DNA from: the human T2T-CHM13v2.0 reference genome, Homo sapiens
Assembly (NCBI RefSeq): GCF_009914755.1
Contig: NC_060928.1
DNA: 64,000 nucleotides
Direction: 5' to 3' (one strand)
Made by a program: the position numbers and the translations under genes. The notes beneath the pieces are model-generated. The model was not told the origin of the DNA and searched no databases. It saw only the letters and a program-made list of their open reading frames with translations. The stretch's first letter is position 1; every line of letters starts with the position of its first letter. Of this stretch, positions 24,049-38,988 are shown piece by piece.

Positions 24049-25935
24049 CGCAGCACCGGTGTGAGTGACAGCCTGGCTCTGGGTGGTTCTTGCATTGTTG
24101 CCTCTGTGTCTTTGCTTCTAGGTTGTGTGCCTGGGAGTTGGTGTTAGTGTGACTCCTCCAAGGCATCCTCCCTGCACGTATTCCTGTGTCAGATATTTTA
24201 GCTATGCTGCTAACCTTCCCTTCCTTCGGGGTGCAGCCACTGCCCACCCTGGGGATCCCTGGACTCTCAGGAGAGAGAGGGAGCCCAGCTGCTCTGGAGA
24301 AGGGCAGAGCATCACTGGCCCAGCAAAGTCTTGGCATCTCAGTCCACCTCCTGCTTCCTTCCGGCAACATTGCTTTCTGTTTTCTCCAGGCGGCCTTGGG
24401 ACCCAGTTCATCCAGTGCTCCAGCCATTTGCTGCCATCCACCAAACCAGAGCTCAAAACCAGTTTTTTAGTAAAGAGAAGAAGAGAGAAAGGAAACCTTC
24501 CCTGAAGGTTTGGGGGTTTCATGAGTAAAACATGCTGCCTCCGCAGAAGCCACAGTCTAGTCAAGATGAGGGGCAAGGAAGATACAGACACTAAGGACAG
24601 ACAGTGTCGGATCCAAAAGGCAAGAGGGGACACAGGAAAGATCACAATTGTCATCTGGCCTGCGCAGAAAGGCTTTACAGAGGTGAAGGCCAGTAGGGTT
24701 TTATGGGATGTATGGGAGTTCACCAAATTGACAAAGTAGAGAAAGGCCTCCTGGGGTGCCCACGGCCTCTCTGTGTTCCTCTGTCACCGCACTGAGCGCC
24801 AGTGTGATGGCGATTCCATGTCTGTTTCCTTGGGGGCTGGGGACACTTTGGGGACAGGTACTGAGTTGAACCTTGCTCACCTCTAGGGCCCCAAGGGCTA
24901 GCCCGGGGCCTAGCGTGGAGCAGCTCCTCAGTAAACAGCTGCCTCCAGTGTGAACTGCGCAGGGTGGGTAGAATGCTGTGCAGGGTTGGCGTGGCGTGGG
25001 TGAAATCGGAAGCAAACAAGGTGAGAGGCAGGATGAGGACAGACCAGGGCACCCAGGTTCTCAGTGACAGTTAAGTGTCTTGGGATGTGTGTGACTTACA
25101 GAGAAAAATCTCCAACGCTGGGAGGGACATAAACAGGATTTTTATGAAGGCCACTGGCTCTGCCCCAAACACCAGGGTGATCAAGATGTGATCGCTGTAT
25201 CCTTCCCTCTAGATGAAACCCTCATAAACTTTCTTGGGACGGGGGGTGGGGCAGGGGGCACCAGCACCCTCATTACTCAACATCGAAGCTAATCGGCTGC
25301 CCACTTCCTCAGAATTTATTTGTGCAATTTGCCAGTCATTTAGGCCAATGTATTTAAACATTTATTTCTTCTTCTCAGGAAGAGCACTGACTACTGCTTT
25401 ATATTTATGGCGGCTCACTGGATGCTGGGCACGTGTGTGTCTGTTTCAGGGTATGTCTGTTTCAGGCCTTTGTAGATGCTGAAGGCCTCACACGGTCCAG
25501 GCTTCCTTCTGCCCTCAGTAAAGGACTCAGGAGCCACAAAGCTCTGCTGACCCATTCTCTTTCTGCCTCTGCCTACTCACTCAGCTGAGCAGTTTTAGGT
25601 GAGTTGCTGTCTCTCTCTGGGCCTCAGTTTCCCCCTTCTTATAACAAGGGATTATCTGCCTTGCTCTCCACCCTCAGCTATAGGTGAAAAGCACTTTACA
25701 GCCATACACCACCCCTGCATGCTCACAAGAAGCCTAGAAGAAACGTGGTCATCTGTATGCTGCTGGTGAGGAAACTGAGGCAAGGGGCAGGAAGACGCCC
25801 GTGGCCGCCCAGCAGCCAGCAGCCCAACCAGGGTCTGCACCTGACTCTGGCTCAAATCTCAAAGGCTTTTCCAGCCCTAAAATCCTCAGGTGTAATAAAG
25901 AGGCGTGTGCCTGCTTCCCCCTCACCGGAGCTCAC

Positions 25936-26048
25936 CTGCAGTGACGTCACCGTGGACAGGTCCTTAAGTTTCCCCTCTTCATCCTTCAGGTTGTATCCTT
26001 CGGGCCTTTTATCTCGTTCGGTAATCTTCCATAATTTGATAGTTTTAT
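25936..26048 (-). CDS. PPP2R2C: PPP2R2C coding exon 4 (113 bp; [38 protein letters not shown])
   Basis: Hand translation of the minus strand (not in ORF track); acceptor tttttaaAG, donor CAG|GTGAGC; phases match both neighbours. Confidence 0.96.
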
Positions 26049-26149
26049 CTTTAAAAACAGAACAAAATAAAGCGAGTCACATAATTAAGCAGCCGGATGG
26101 AAGAGAAGATCCACTTTAGAAGGTGAAATCATGAGGCACCTCCTGGGGA

Positions 26150-26351
26150 AGGAGGGGGTTCTGCCAACAGACGGCTTTGGACCAGAACTGCAGCTCTGTC
26201 TCGAGGCCTCCAGCCTTCGGCCTCCCTGCAGATTTCGGAACGGCCAGCCTCCGCAGTCAGGTGAGCCACTTCCTTAAAATAAATCCCCCTTTCTCTTTCT
26301 CACTCTCATACCCTACTGATTCTTTTTCTCTGGAGAACCCTGACTACTACA
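26150..26351 (+). mobile_element. MLT2 (ERVL) LTR 3' fragment
   Basis: ccctgcagatttcggaac..gccagcctcc...gtgagcca.ttccttaaaataaatc...tctctggagaaccctgacta.taca. Confidence 0.7.
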
Positions 26352-26567
26352 GGAGTCAAAACAAATAGCACCATGTTGATGAGAAGGAACTGGGAAGAGA
26401 ACTGAGAACTGGGGTCAGTGGAGCATCTGAAAGGTACCCAAGGCCCTGCCATTAGGAAAGAGTGAAGCCAGGATTCAAACCCAGGTGGGAAGCTTTGAGG
26501 GGAGCGGAGTGTAGGGAGTGCTGAAAGATGACCTTTTCTGTAGAGAGGCAGGAAGAAAGTGACATGT

Positions 26568-26869
26568 CTTTTTTTTTTTTTCTTTTGAGACAGGGTCTCA
26601 CTCACATCACCCAGGCTGGAGTGCAGTGGCACCATCTCAGCTCACTACAGCCTTGACTTTACCGGTCTCAGATGATCCTTCAATCTCAGCCTCCTGAGTA
26701 GCTGGGACTACAGGCTCTCACCACCACACCTGGCTAATATTTTATTTTTTTGTAGAGATAGAGTCTCACCACGTTGCCCAGGCTGGTCTCAAACTTCTGG
26801 GCTCAAGTAATCCATCCATCTCAGCCTCCCAAAGTGCTGAGATTACAGGCATGAGCCACCGCATGTGGC
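26568..26869 (-). mobile_element. AluJ-type element
   Basis: polyT then gagacagggtctcactc...gggctcaagtaatcc; TSD tgaca(t/c)gtc. Confidence 0.9.
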
Positions 26870-27432
26870 TGACACGTCCTTCTTAAATATTTTCAAAAGG
26901 AGCAGGTGCATGGGGACAGGACGAGGCTCCTGTCCCCCAGGGCCTGCCCTTCGGGAGGATCTCTCATGCTCTGCTGGCTCAGGTGACAGATTTGCTGGGC
27001 AGGGCCCCTTAGGGGACACAGATCCTGCCTTTGAGGTGCATGGCGGGAGAACACCATCAGAACAGCAGGTGCCCAGAGAGGGGGTGAACCGGAGTTAAGA
27101 GGAGCCAGGGTGTCACAGGAGGGATGCCTGGCTCAGTGGAGAGGTCAGAAAAGGCGGGCACCCAGCAAGGCTTATGGGATGAGGAGGGAGTTGGCCAGGT
27201 ACAGGGCGAGGATAGCCTTCAGGCACAGGCGGGCTGGCAGAAGCTGCGCCTAGCCATGTTCGGGAGAGCCTTGGAGGCCCCGCTGAGGAGCGTGGACGTC
27301 CTCGGGGAAGGCGTGGGGACAGCACCTCGAAGCCTGGCTGGTGCTTGTGCAGCGGTTACTGTTCTCAGGGGGTTGAGTGGGCACCATTTCACGGACCCCA
27401 GAAGGGAGATGTGTCCACCCTGCTGGGGCTCA

Positions 27433-27928
<496 letters not shown>

Positions 27929-28229
27929 TCAGAGTGGAGCCTGGGAAGCAGGCGTCAGGCCGAGAGCCTCCGGTGCCTGAGGGGTACATGCTCCTCCCTG
28001 AGGCAAGAGGATTAAGAGGCCGGCCAGGGTCCTAAACCAAGGCTCCTCCCACTGCCCCGCAAGGCCGCGGTGACAGCCCCAGTCTAGGGGTCTGGATTCG
28101 GCGTGGGGAGGAGGGGTTCACTTTGTGTCAAATATCCCCCGTGTCTGCGACCTGCATCCTTGTCCATCACACTCCCTCACCCCAAAGCAAAGGCCTACAA
28201 AGATGGCTCGGATGGCTCTATTCACAGCA

Positions 28230-28398
28230 GGGGGCAGCCCTGTGTCTGGCCATGGGGAGCTTCTGAGAGGGTCTGGCATACTCACTCATGGGATTTACAT
28301 GCTGCTCAAAAAGGGGGGCAGCCCTGTGTCCAGACACAGGGAGCGTCTGAGGGGGTCTGGCATACTCACTCATGGGATTTACATGCTGCTCAAAAAGG
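28230..28398. repeat. 84-bp tandem duplication (2 copies) within an old L1M-like fragment
   Basis: ggggcagccctgtgtc...ggtctggcatactcactcatgggatttacatgctgctcaaaaagg at 28231 and 28315. Confidence 0.88.
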
Positions 28399-28523
28399 AT
28401 ATTATTTTCTAGGCGTTCTGAAGACATAGAAAAATGCTCACAATATAAGTGAAATACAAACCAGCATTTGGTAGAAACATCTACGGCCTGTGCCCATGCA
28501 AGCGAGGCCGGGCAGCGCCTCAC

Positions 28524-28689
28524 CGTTGGTGGACAGGAGTGAGTGGGCGGCGTTCTGCTGTGGGAGCCACTTGATCTTGTTGATCTTCTCCTCTATCTCC
28601 AGGCTCTTGAGATAGTCAAACTCCGGCTCGTGGCTCTGGAAAGTGCTGTACACGTCGTATTCGCCCTGGCTGTGGGGCGCATTTTTACT
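28524..28689 (-). CDS. PPP2R2C: PPP2R2C coding exon 3 (166 bp; [55 protein letters not shown])
   Basis: B55 signature [15 protein letters not shown]; [12 protein letters not shown] is gamma-type; acceptor ccctgcAG, donor ACG|GTGAGG; frame continues from exon 2. Confidence 0.98.
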
Positions 28690-31113
28690 CTGCAGGGAAA
28701 CCCGGAGAAGGGGCCTGAGCACCGTGACCTGCAGGGCGACGGCTAGGACCTCCGGGGACCCAGCAGGGCCGGCCGTGGGACCAAGTGCCGAGCCGTGCCA
28801 GGGATCCAATTCGAGGGTCAAATGAAACTCTCTGCAGCTTAACCGGCCCATGACTTGCAGTGTGCCAGGGACAAGCCCCGCTCCCGTGCGGTCCCATGAA
28901 ACACTCACACCCGAGCCGGCTAACTTGCTAATGCGAATGTTCCCCAGCGCCTGCTACAAGCTGGACACCCCACTAAGTCCTCCCCGCACCATCGCATTCT
29001 ACCCTCCAGGCCTCCTCTGCTTGAGCACCACGACTCTCCCCATTTCACAGACCAGCAAACAGAGACTCAGAGGGGAAGTGACTTCCCAGAGCCGTGAGGT
29101 CACTCTCCGGCGAGCACCCCTCTGCCGAGGCCTGCCTGACGCCAAGGCTTGAGGCTCTGGCCACCCTCGTGTCTTGGGCCCTGACTTGCTCCTGGATTCC
29201 ACGTGTCCAACTCAGGCCTGACTTGAGGAATAAATGAATTTGGGAGCAGACTTTAACATTGGGACAGAATGTCTGGCAATGTCAGACCTGGATTGGAATC
29301 TGTCCCCGGCTTTCCTCAGCAGTGCTTGGCCTGGTTTAGGCAGCAGAGCTCCTTCTAATAAAGACCCTTGACCGTGGAGCTCCCAGCATAGTCAGGTGGT
29401 GAGTCCACTGTGTGCGCCAGGGACCACGTTCCCAGGAGAGAGTTCAACTCATACGACAACACGAAACCCCAACCAGGGAGAAACGGAGACATTCAACCCA
29501 GAACAATTTCAAGATTTCCTGGTAATTTTTTTAAGTATCTATATTTCTATCCCTGTCTTGCTTTTGAAAAGCTTAGAAGTTCTCCAATATTTTTGCCTCT
29601 AATTCACTTCACTTCCCATGAGCACTCGCTATGACAAAGGTCAGTGGGACTAGAAGGAAGAAAACACTAAAGGAGAAAAATTCAAAATGAAGAAAATCGC
29701 ATCAACCAATCCAATCTCTTTCTGCAGCTTGGCAAAAAGAAGGCTGAGCTTCGCAGTGCCTGGTGGGACACCCCACAGGTGCATCTGGTGAAGCCCACAG
29801 GTGCTGGCCGAGTGCTGTGTTTGAGGAACTGATTGGCAGCTAGGATGTGCCCCTTGTCAACTATTTTAACCCTCTGCACTCTGGGCTCCTCCTCTGTAAA
29901 ATGAGGGGAGTAGCCGCACTGCACTACACCCACAGGGTCACCGTGAGGAGGGTTATGTGAGCCACCAAGATAAAGTCAGACTCAAGGATCCTCAGTTCGT
30001 GGGCCATGCTCAGGAGTGAATCGGGGGAAAGATGATTCTGCAGGTCCTCTCTTCACCCCCGGCTTCCTCCCCTCCCTCCTACCTCCCCTTCTCCACCTTC
30101 TCTTCTCCTCCTCCCCTCCCCTCCCCTGCCTCTCCTGCTCCATCCCCTCCTCCCTCCTCCTTGGTTTCCTGGATGTCTTCTGCATCTAATTCCAGGCACA
30201 GTCCGTGTTTGCGGGGGGAGACGCCCTCTCTGAGGCCGGGTGGTGTGTGACGTTGCTGGCCACTGTCCTGGCGTCGGGCAGCCAGGTCTGCTGTTCACTA
30301 GCTGGGTGGCTTCTCTGAGTTTCCGCATCTGTCACAGGGGTGTGGATCTGGCCCTCGGAGGTGAGCAGTGCAGAGTAAACCAGAAGCAACTCCAGAATAC
30401 TTAGCAAGTGTTCTCAGTAAATGGGCTTTTGTCCCGAGGCTCTTTCAGTGTTCCAGAAACGTGGTCCTGGGCAGGTTGTCCAGGCCACTGCTGTCTTACC
30501 CAGAGTTCTGCTGGACAACAAGCCCCCGGGGGTGGGGGTGAGGACAGGGGTGAGGACAAGGGCCCAGGCCTGAGCAAAAACCACCTAGCTCAGTCTGAGG
30601 GCTGTGACAGCTGGGCAAGAGTGGAGTCCTCCCGCTCCCCAGTCTGGCCAGGACAACGCAGGTCACCCAGGCAGAGGAAGGTTTCACTGAAGGCACAAGC
30701 TGGGGCAGCAGCTGCCTGTGCCACATCCTGACCATTCATCCAGGGTCTAGGACAGAGCATGGGATGCAGGCAGCTCTCCGCAAACATCGGCTGAGGGCAG
30801 GGGGCTCAGAACCTGGCTTTGCCAGCCCACCCAGTGCACTCCCCCTACCACCGCCCGCCACTCCCACCTCGGCATTCCAAAGCATCCCATTCCCACCCCT
30901 GGAATCCATGCCCCTGGGAGATGTGATCCAGGCAAGACACCCCACACCTCCTGTCAGTTAAAAGCCCTCTTGTGGGTTGGAGTATAGTCCCCTCCCACCT
31001 CTCACCGCATCACCCCTTATCCCCCTTATCCTTATCCCCTCCCACCATGCCCGCCTCCCACCTGACTCTGCTCCCCACCCCTCCCACCTCCCACCAGACC
31101 CAGGGCTTCGCAC

Positions 31114-31211
31114 CTCTGGTTCCCGCTGGAAGATGACGACCCGGCCGCCCTTGTCACCTGTGGCCAGCAGCTCTCCCGTGTGGTTGAACTCAACGGTAGA
31201 GATGATGTCAG
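31114..31211 (-). CDS. PPP2R2C: PPP2R2C coding exon 2 (98 bp; [33 protein letters not shown])
   Basis: Translation matches B55 family N-terminal WD40 region; acceptor ttccctcccAG, donor GAG|GTGCGA. Confidence 0.97.
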
Positions 31212-31893
31212 CTGGGAGGGGAACAGCAAGACGGGAAGGGGTGGCTGTCAGAACCCGCCTCTCCCGGGTGCTCAACAGTGCCACAGCAATGGCGAGCTCC
31301 CCGCTCCCCGAGGCCCCACAGCCCTGGGCAGGAGGCAGCAGGGAGCCTGAGGGGTCAGGAGCATCGGCGAGGGGCCACCAACCTGTCCCCTCCTGCCCTC
31401 CTCTTCCCTCTGCACTGGCTGCAGGGCAGAGATCTCGGGACTTGGCACAGGCCTGGGGCGACCACAGTGGCTGGCAGACTTTATAGTAACTGGACACTCT
31501 ATGGGACTCACGGTGGTATCTGAAGCCACCTGGATGTGGCCTCATCCTCCTGTCTTGAATCTCCCACACCTACCCCTGCCACCCAGGCCCCCATGCTCCA
31601 GCAACCTGGGTCAGGGAAGCCCTTCCCAATATCTCCATAGATAAGCGCAAGGCAACCCTCTGCTAGGGGCCCACTCAGGGCTTCCCACACAGTAGGACAG
31701 AGGTGAATTACCCCCTCTCCTTCAGACTCCTGCTCTGTGGCCCCACCTCCAGGCAGGCCTCTGGGATCGCTCTCTAATCTCTGCTCGCAGAAGCGAAGCT
31801 CAGCCCTGCCTGCCCTGACCCTCCCTGCACTTCATCCCAACCATGTTTCTTCAGGTCACTCAGGAACCTCTCCTTATGGAGTCACCCCCATAC

Positions 31894-31963
31894 CTGGAGT
31901 CTTCAATGCCCAGGGCTGGCCTTCCTGGATGGGCAAGTGTTTGGAGAAAAAAGACAGCCCCAT
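31894..31963 (-). CDS. PPP2R2C: Alternative first coding exon of PPP2R2C (coding part: MGLSFFSKHLPIQEGQPWALKTP + 1 nt)
   Basis: ATG in strong Kozak context (gagATGG), 70 nt open, ends in CCAG|GTATGG donor. Phase 1 joins the next exon as GCT (Ala), the same length and phase as the canonical first exon. Agrees with my recollection of an alternative B55-gamma N-terminus. Confidence 0.75.
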
Positions 31964-32541
31964 CTCCAGGCCCCACTTTTTGCATGTGGGAACTAGGGGA
32001 ACACCCCTTCCATCACCAACATTCTCAGGTTCTACGAGTCACAGAGATGAGTGGCCTGCACATTCTGGGTGGCCAGCCCTGGGAGTGGGGGAGAGCAGGG
32101 GAGGACAAGGCCCTAGCCTGGAAGAGAAACCCCCACTGGAGGACAGCTCACCAACCTGAAGCCTGAGGCCTGCTCCACCAACAAGTTTTACTGCAGCCCC
32201 AAAATGATTATTACTTTTAATTTGAAGTCATTCTTAATATTTGAAAAGTAGAAGATTTCCTATAAAAATCCACATTTCCAGTATGTCTTGGAAGATGGAA
32301 AGTTCTAGAATACCATCCCCATAGGCCCAAGCAGCAAAAGCTAGTAGGAGCCCGGGATGGCCCGCTGCTGTGAATGGGACCTCTGTCGTTCTTTGCTCTC
32401 CTGGCCTGGATTCTGTAGTCTCCAAAATCTGTGATACCACCTTTAGCAAAATGGATCTACTTTCAAACCAGCCACAGATCTGACCGTTGCTCCCTGTAGC
32501 CACAGAGAGGACACTCCACAGGGTTCCCTGTCCCAGCCTCT

Positions 32542-32560
32542 GTTCTCCCTCTGGCGGCCA
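32542..32560 (-). promoter_or_regulatory. Candidate CTCF motif
   Basis: Minus strand TGGCCGCCAGAGGGAGAAC resembles the CTCF core CCRCYAGRKGGCR; motif match only. Confidence 0.4.
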
Positions 32561-32739
32561 ACGTGATGACCAAACTCCTGAGCCAGTGCATCCCTGTGTC
32601 CCTCTATTCAAAACCCTTCATTGGTCACCATAACTGAATTCTGATCCCTCCTCAGCCTCATCCTCTGCAGCTTCCCCAGTCTCAGGTGATGACAGCTCTA
32701 TTGTTCACTTGCTCAGGCCCAAGCCTTGGAGTTTCTCGT

Positions 32740-32749
32740 TCTCTCTCTC

Positions 32750-32800
<51 letters not shown>
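32740..32800. repeat. Compound (CT)n(CA)n microsatellite
   Basis: Direct reading. Confidence 0.95.
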
Positions 32801-32801
<1 letters not shown>

Positions 32802-35596
32802 CACATCCAATCCTGCCTGCTCAGCCTTCACAGCATATCGGGATGCCAGCCACTCTCCCACCTCTCACTGGATGACTGCCACAGCTCTTTCTCCCTGGCT
32901 ATGACGTAGCCTCAACAGACTGGCAGCAGAGAGGCTGGTAACACCCAGGACTGATCCTGGCACTCCCCTGCTCAAAACCCTCCAGCGGCTCCCATTGTGT
33001 ACTCAGAGAAAAGCACAGAGTGTTCTAAAAGCAGCCCCCACCTGCCGAGGCCCAGGTGGGCCGCATCTGGAGCCAAACCTTCACCCCTCCCATGGTGGGC
33101 CAGGTGACCTGTTCTCTGCCCCCCACCTTGATTCTGGGCTTGTCCCTGTGTTTTGCTTTGGCCTGCAGAACGGCAATTCGACAAGCCGCAAACAGAGATG
33201 CAAAGGGGCTTAGGTACTGGGGGTTGCCATCCACGCCTCTGGCGGTACCAGGAGCAGGACCTGCGCAGGCTGGCCCACTGGCCCCTGAGGGGGAGGAGGA
33301 AGAGTGGGTGCAGAAGAACCCCCCCAACCCCCGGCCAAGCTCAGCCTCCAGCAGGGCCCCACTGACCCACAGAGCAGGGCAAGCCCAGCCAAGCCCAGAC
33401 CACAGAATCGCAGATGCAAGATGATGAAAACATTTACTGTTGTATGCACGGGGTCTCGTGTTTTTAACTCAGCAAAAGGTACCTCCTCCCCTTCCCCAGC
33501 CTCATCTACTGCTCTCCACCTGCTTATTCCCCTCCAAACACCAGGCTCCTTGCCCTTTCCCAAAAGTCCTGGCCACCTGCTGTCCCAAGACCTGCTCTCT
33601 CGGCCTGCAGTGGCTTTCCCTGGGTACCAGCATGGCTCCTTCCTATTCTTCCAATTCTGCCCCACTGCTGCCTTCCCGTGAGCACAGCTTGGATCACCTT
33701 GCTGAAACTGCTGTCTGCACCCCAGCACCCTCATACAGGACACCCTGACCATCCCTGCCCCAACCTAATCTGATGTTTTTCTTTCTGTAAAGGCTTTTAT
33801 CATCTGTGGGCTCTCTTCCTGGCCAGAACGTAAACTTCATGAGGGCAGGAGCCTCAGGCTTAATTCACGGCTTCAAATGGTGCCTGTACGCAGTAGCCAG
33901 GCCAGAGATATCTATCCAAGAAATGCCTTTTCTTTTTCCAGTCTGGGCCTTTTAGGACAGCTCCTGGCCTGCCCTGGCCTTCTGAGCCATGAGTCAATGC
34001 CAGCTTTGAGGCAACAGAAAAGATTGAGAGAGGGTGGTTAGAAGTGGGATGACGGGCTGGACGTATCCATCCATCCATCAAGACAGATGCACATGTCATT
34101 GAACTTAAAAAGACAAGATAAGAAAAGCAGCTCTGTGGGAACACGGAAACGCCCACCGGGCATGGAGTCAGAACAGGGTCAGGTCCCAGCTGTCCTGACA
34201 TTGTCCCTCCGTGGGGCAGCCTGCCCTGGCCCAGGGACACCCAGACACATCTGGGCAGAAGCCAGAACCACCCAGCCCAGCTGTGCTAGGGTCCCCGATG
34301 GGGCGCTGGTTCTTGCTATTTCATATTAAAACCCCCTGAGGGTGAAGGAACGGGATATAAAATTGGGTATAAAATGCTTGTAATGATCTACATCAGTGAT
34401 TATAGCCATGTGAAATAAGCAAAGAAACTGGGCAGTGGGGAAAAAAGCTGGAAGAGAATTCTCCAAAATGTGAACGGAGGTAGCTTTAGGGTAGCTGGAA
34501 CAAAATAATATTTCCTCCTCTTTCAACTTGTCCATATTTTCTAGATTTTCTATAATGAAGTTACATCATTTTTTAATAGCTGTATTGAGGTACAATCAAT
34601 ATATAAAACGCTGCACATACTTAATGTATATAATTTGATGAGGGTGGGCATACACACAGTGTATATTATTTTTATGATGGGAACATAACAATGCTATTAA
34701 ATTAAAATGCCAATATAACTATTGCTATCCCAAGTAAATGCAGTCCACAAATGCTGGGTGGTTACCAGGCAACACACACTAATGTCTGTGGGCAATTTAC
34801 AATTTATATGTCATTTTCATATCTGCTACCTCCTTTAACCTCACGCCAGCCCCTGCGGGAGACACTACTGTGATTTCCATTTGGCAGCAGAGGAGATGGA
34901 GGCTCCCTCCATGAGAGACTATGCCATGAGCTCTTTGCAGACAGAAGTGCTGGTTGGAGTCTTGGCTCCAGTGCTTCATCTGTGTGGTCTTGGGTAAGCC
35001 ACACAACTTCTCTGAGCCTTGGTTTCATTATCTGTAGTGTGCTTATGGTGGAGCCTTCCCAGGATTAGAGGTTCAAGTGAGACAAGGAGGTGAGAGGGTC
35101 TGGGAGGGAGGAAGAGAAGACGAGGACTCCAGGAATAATGAATCACCAAAATGTACTGGACAGAAACTAAAGCTCCCGGTCACCTGTGCTCCTGGCTGCC
35201 ACAGAATTGACAGCCACAAGCTCTGCAATGTGGCGATGGATCTGGGCGCCCAACCTCACTGTGGATGGTCCCGCCTACCAGTCCCGCCAGTCGCTCCCTG
35301 CAAACATCTACAGAACCACCACCAGACCTCAGATCCCCTCTTGCCTGAGCACTGCTTCCTCTGGCCCATGAAGGAGCTAGTGGATGTTTAATGTCTACTC
35401 ATTTTTATAGGTAAATGTCTTCAGGATTTGCCTTAGGAAAAGTTGCCTCTCTTGAGTGCCAGAAATTCTCATCAGTAAGGCCATAAAATTGGTTGTTTTG
35501 GCAGCCACCTCTGTGAAGAAAGTCCATCTTCTCATCTTGGATTATCTGACATTTCCAGCTCCAATACCACCTCCTCCAGGAAGCCTTCCTGGATAG

Positions 35597-35986
<390 letters not shown>

Positions 35987-36699
35987 TAGGTACTGACACT
36001 TCCTGCATGGTGCTGTCTGTGTCCACGTTGTCTCTAGCCTTGACCAGAGGAAACAGCGCCGCACTATGGTTGACCACATTAACTCACATTTCTTAAGTGA
36101 TTACTGTCCGCCAGGCCCTGCTCTAAATGCTTCCGGTAATAGCCTAGTAGCTCCTAGTGCAGCAACTCTCTCACAGATAACTATAGACTATAAACCCTTG
36201 AAAAAACAACAACAAAATGACACTCTGAAGGCATCGGAGGGTGAGGCCGCAGCAGATGCTGCAGGCGGTCAGCAATTGGGAGGAACAGCCGGCGTTGGCT
36301 TTCCTGGTCTCATGGCTTTCACAGCCTGAAGACAAGTCCCAGCCTGTGTCATAGGGCTGCCAGAACTCAGACGGAAAGCCAGAGTCTCACTGGCTTGATA
36401 GAGCAGCAAACAGAGTCTGAGACACTCGCAGCAGCTGGAAAAATGTGGGAGTAAATTCTGGAATGAAGAGAGCCACCAAGACAGATCCCCATAGGGGGCA
36501 AATAAACTCTGCCCATGTCTTGGGCTGACCCCAAACCACACACACAGAGGACAGACTTCCAGCAGCTGCAACCCAGCCAGGGCTAGAAGAAGTGAACAGA
36601 GGCTCCTGCCACTGCCCACCACTCACGACTGCAGATGGTTTACAGTTGCTTTCAGCCAAGTTAACTGCTTGCAAATACAAAGCAAAACAAAAATGCTCT

Positions 36700-37999
<1,300 letters not shown>

Positions 38000-38443
38000 C
38001 TACTTAGAGACAAGGAAACTTGGTCAAACTTTCCCAAAGTCCCCTAAGTGGCAGGGCCTTTGGCATGTGCTCTTTTTGGCCATCGCTGTCCCCACACTGC
38101 AGGGCCTGGAGCTGCCACTGGCTGCAGCCTCGAGCTCAGGGCCCCAGATCAGCCACTGGGTGCATTATTCCAAGTCACTCTGTGTGGGTGACGAGAAGCC
38201 CATGGAAACTCATGCTGTCCTTCCCCCCCTGAGGTGCCTCCTCCCTTCCTGGGCAGCTCTAGGGCAACCCCCAAGTGGAGAGGCACACAGGAGCCACTGG
38301 ACAAGGAGGCCTCAGCCAGCCCCCTGGTGCTGGGCACAGCACAGGCCTACCAATGGGTGCCCAGAGAGGTGAGAGGTGGTATCCCTAGTGACCCGCCCAG
38401 TAACAGGTCCCTGCACGCCAGAGCCAGAGATGGGCAAAGATGG

Positions 38444-38988
38444 TATCGTGGGTTGAACTGCATCCCACAAAAAGATGTTAAAATCCTAACCCCTGGTACC
38501 TATGAATGGGAACTTATTTGGAAATAGAGTCTTTGCAGATGATCAAGTTAAGATGCGGTCATACTGGATTATGGTGGGCCCTAGATCTAAGGACTGGTAT
38601 CCTGATAAGAAGTCCATATGAAGACACAGCACACACAGATACAGGGAGGAGGCCATGGGGAGACAGAGGCAGAGGCTGAAGGGAGGCATCAAGAATGAAG
38701 GGCAGGACGGGCATGGTGGCTCACACCTGTAATCCCAGCACTTTGGGGGGCCGAGCCGGGCCTCCCAATGCCTGGAAATGCCCGGAAATGCCAAGGATTG
38801 CCAGCCACCACTAGAAGCTGGTGGGGAGGCCTGGAACAGAGTCCTCCCTGGAGCCGTCAGAGGGAGCCCAGCCCTGCCAGCATCGTGATTGCAGACTTCT
38901 GGCCTCCAGAACTGTGAGAGAACAAATTTCGGTTGTTTTAAGCCACGCAGTTTGTAGCACTTTGTCACAGCTTCCCTAGGAAACTGAC
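38444..38988 (+). mobile_element. MaLR LTR (MLT1B-like) carrying a 74-bp foreign insert
   Basis: gggttgaactgcatccc...ttatttggaaatagagtctttgcagatg...gacttctggcctccagaactgtgagagaacaaatttc. Confidence 0.85.

Noticed and set aside
25993-26001. GTATCCTTC on the plus strand within exon 4
   Set aside because: Antisense to the gene and explained by codons GAA GGA TAC; not a U12 donor
33698-33752. Another phase-1 ATG-to-donor segment (MVRVSCMRVLGCRQQFQQ) upstream of exon 2
   Set aside because: Weak donor (AAG|GTGATC) in L2-like sequence; expected by chance without transcript evidence
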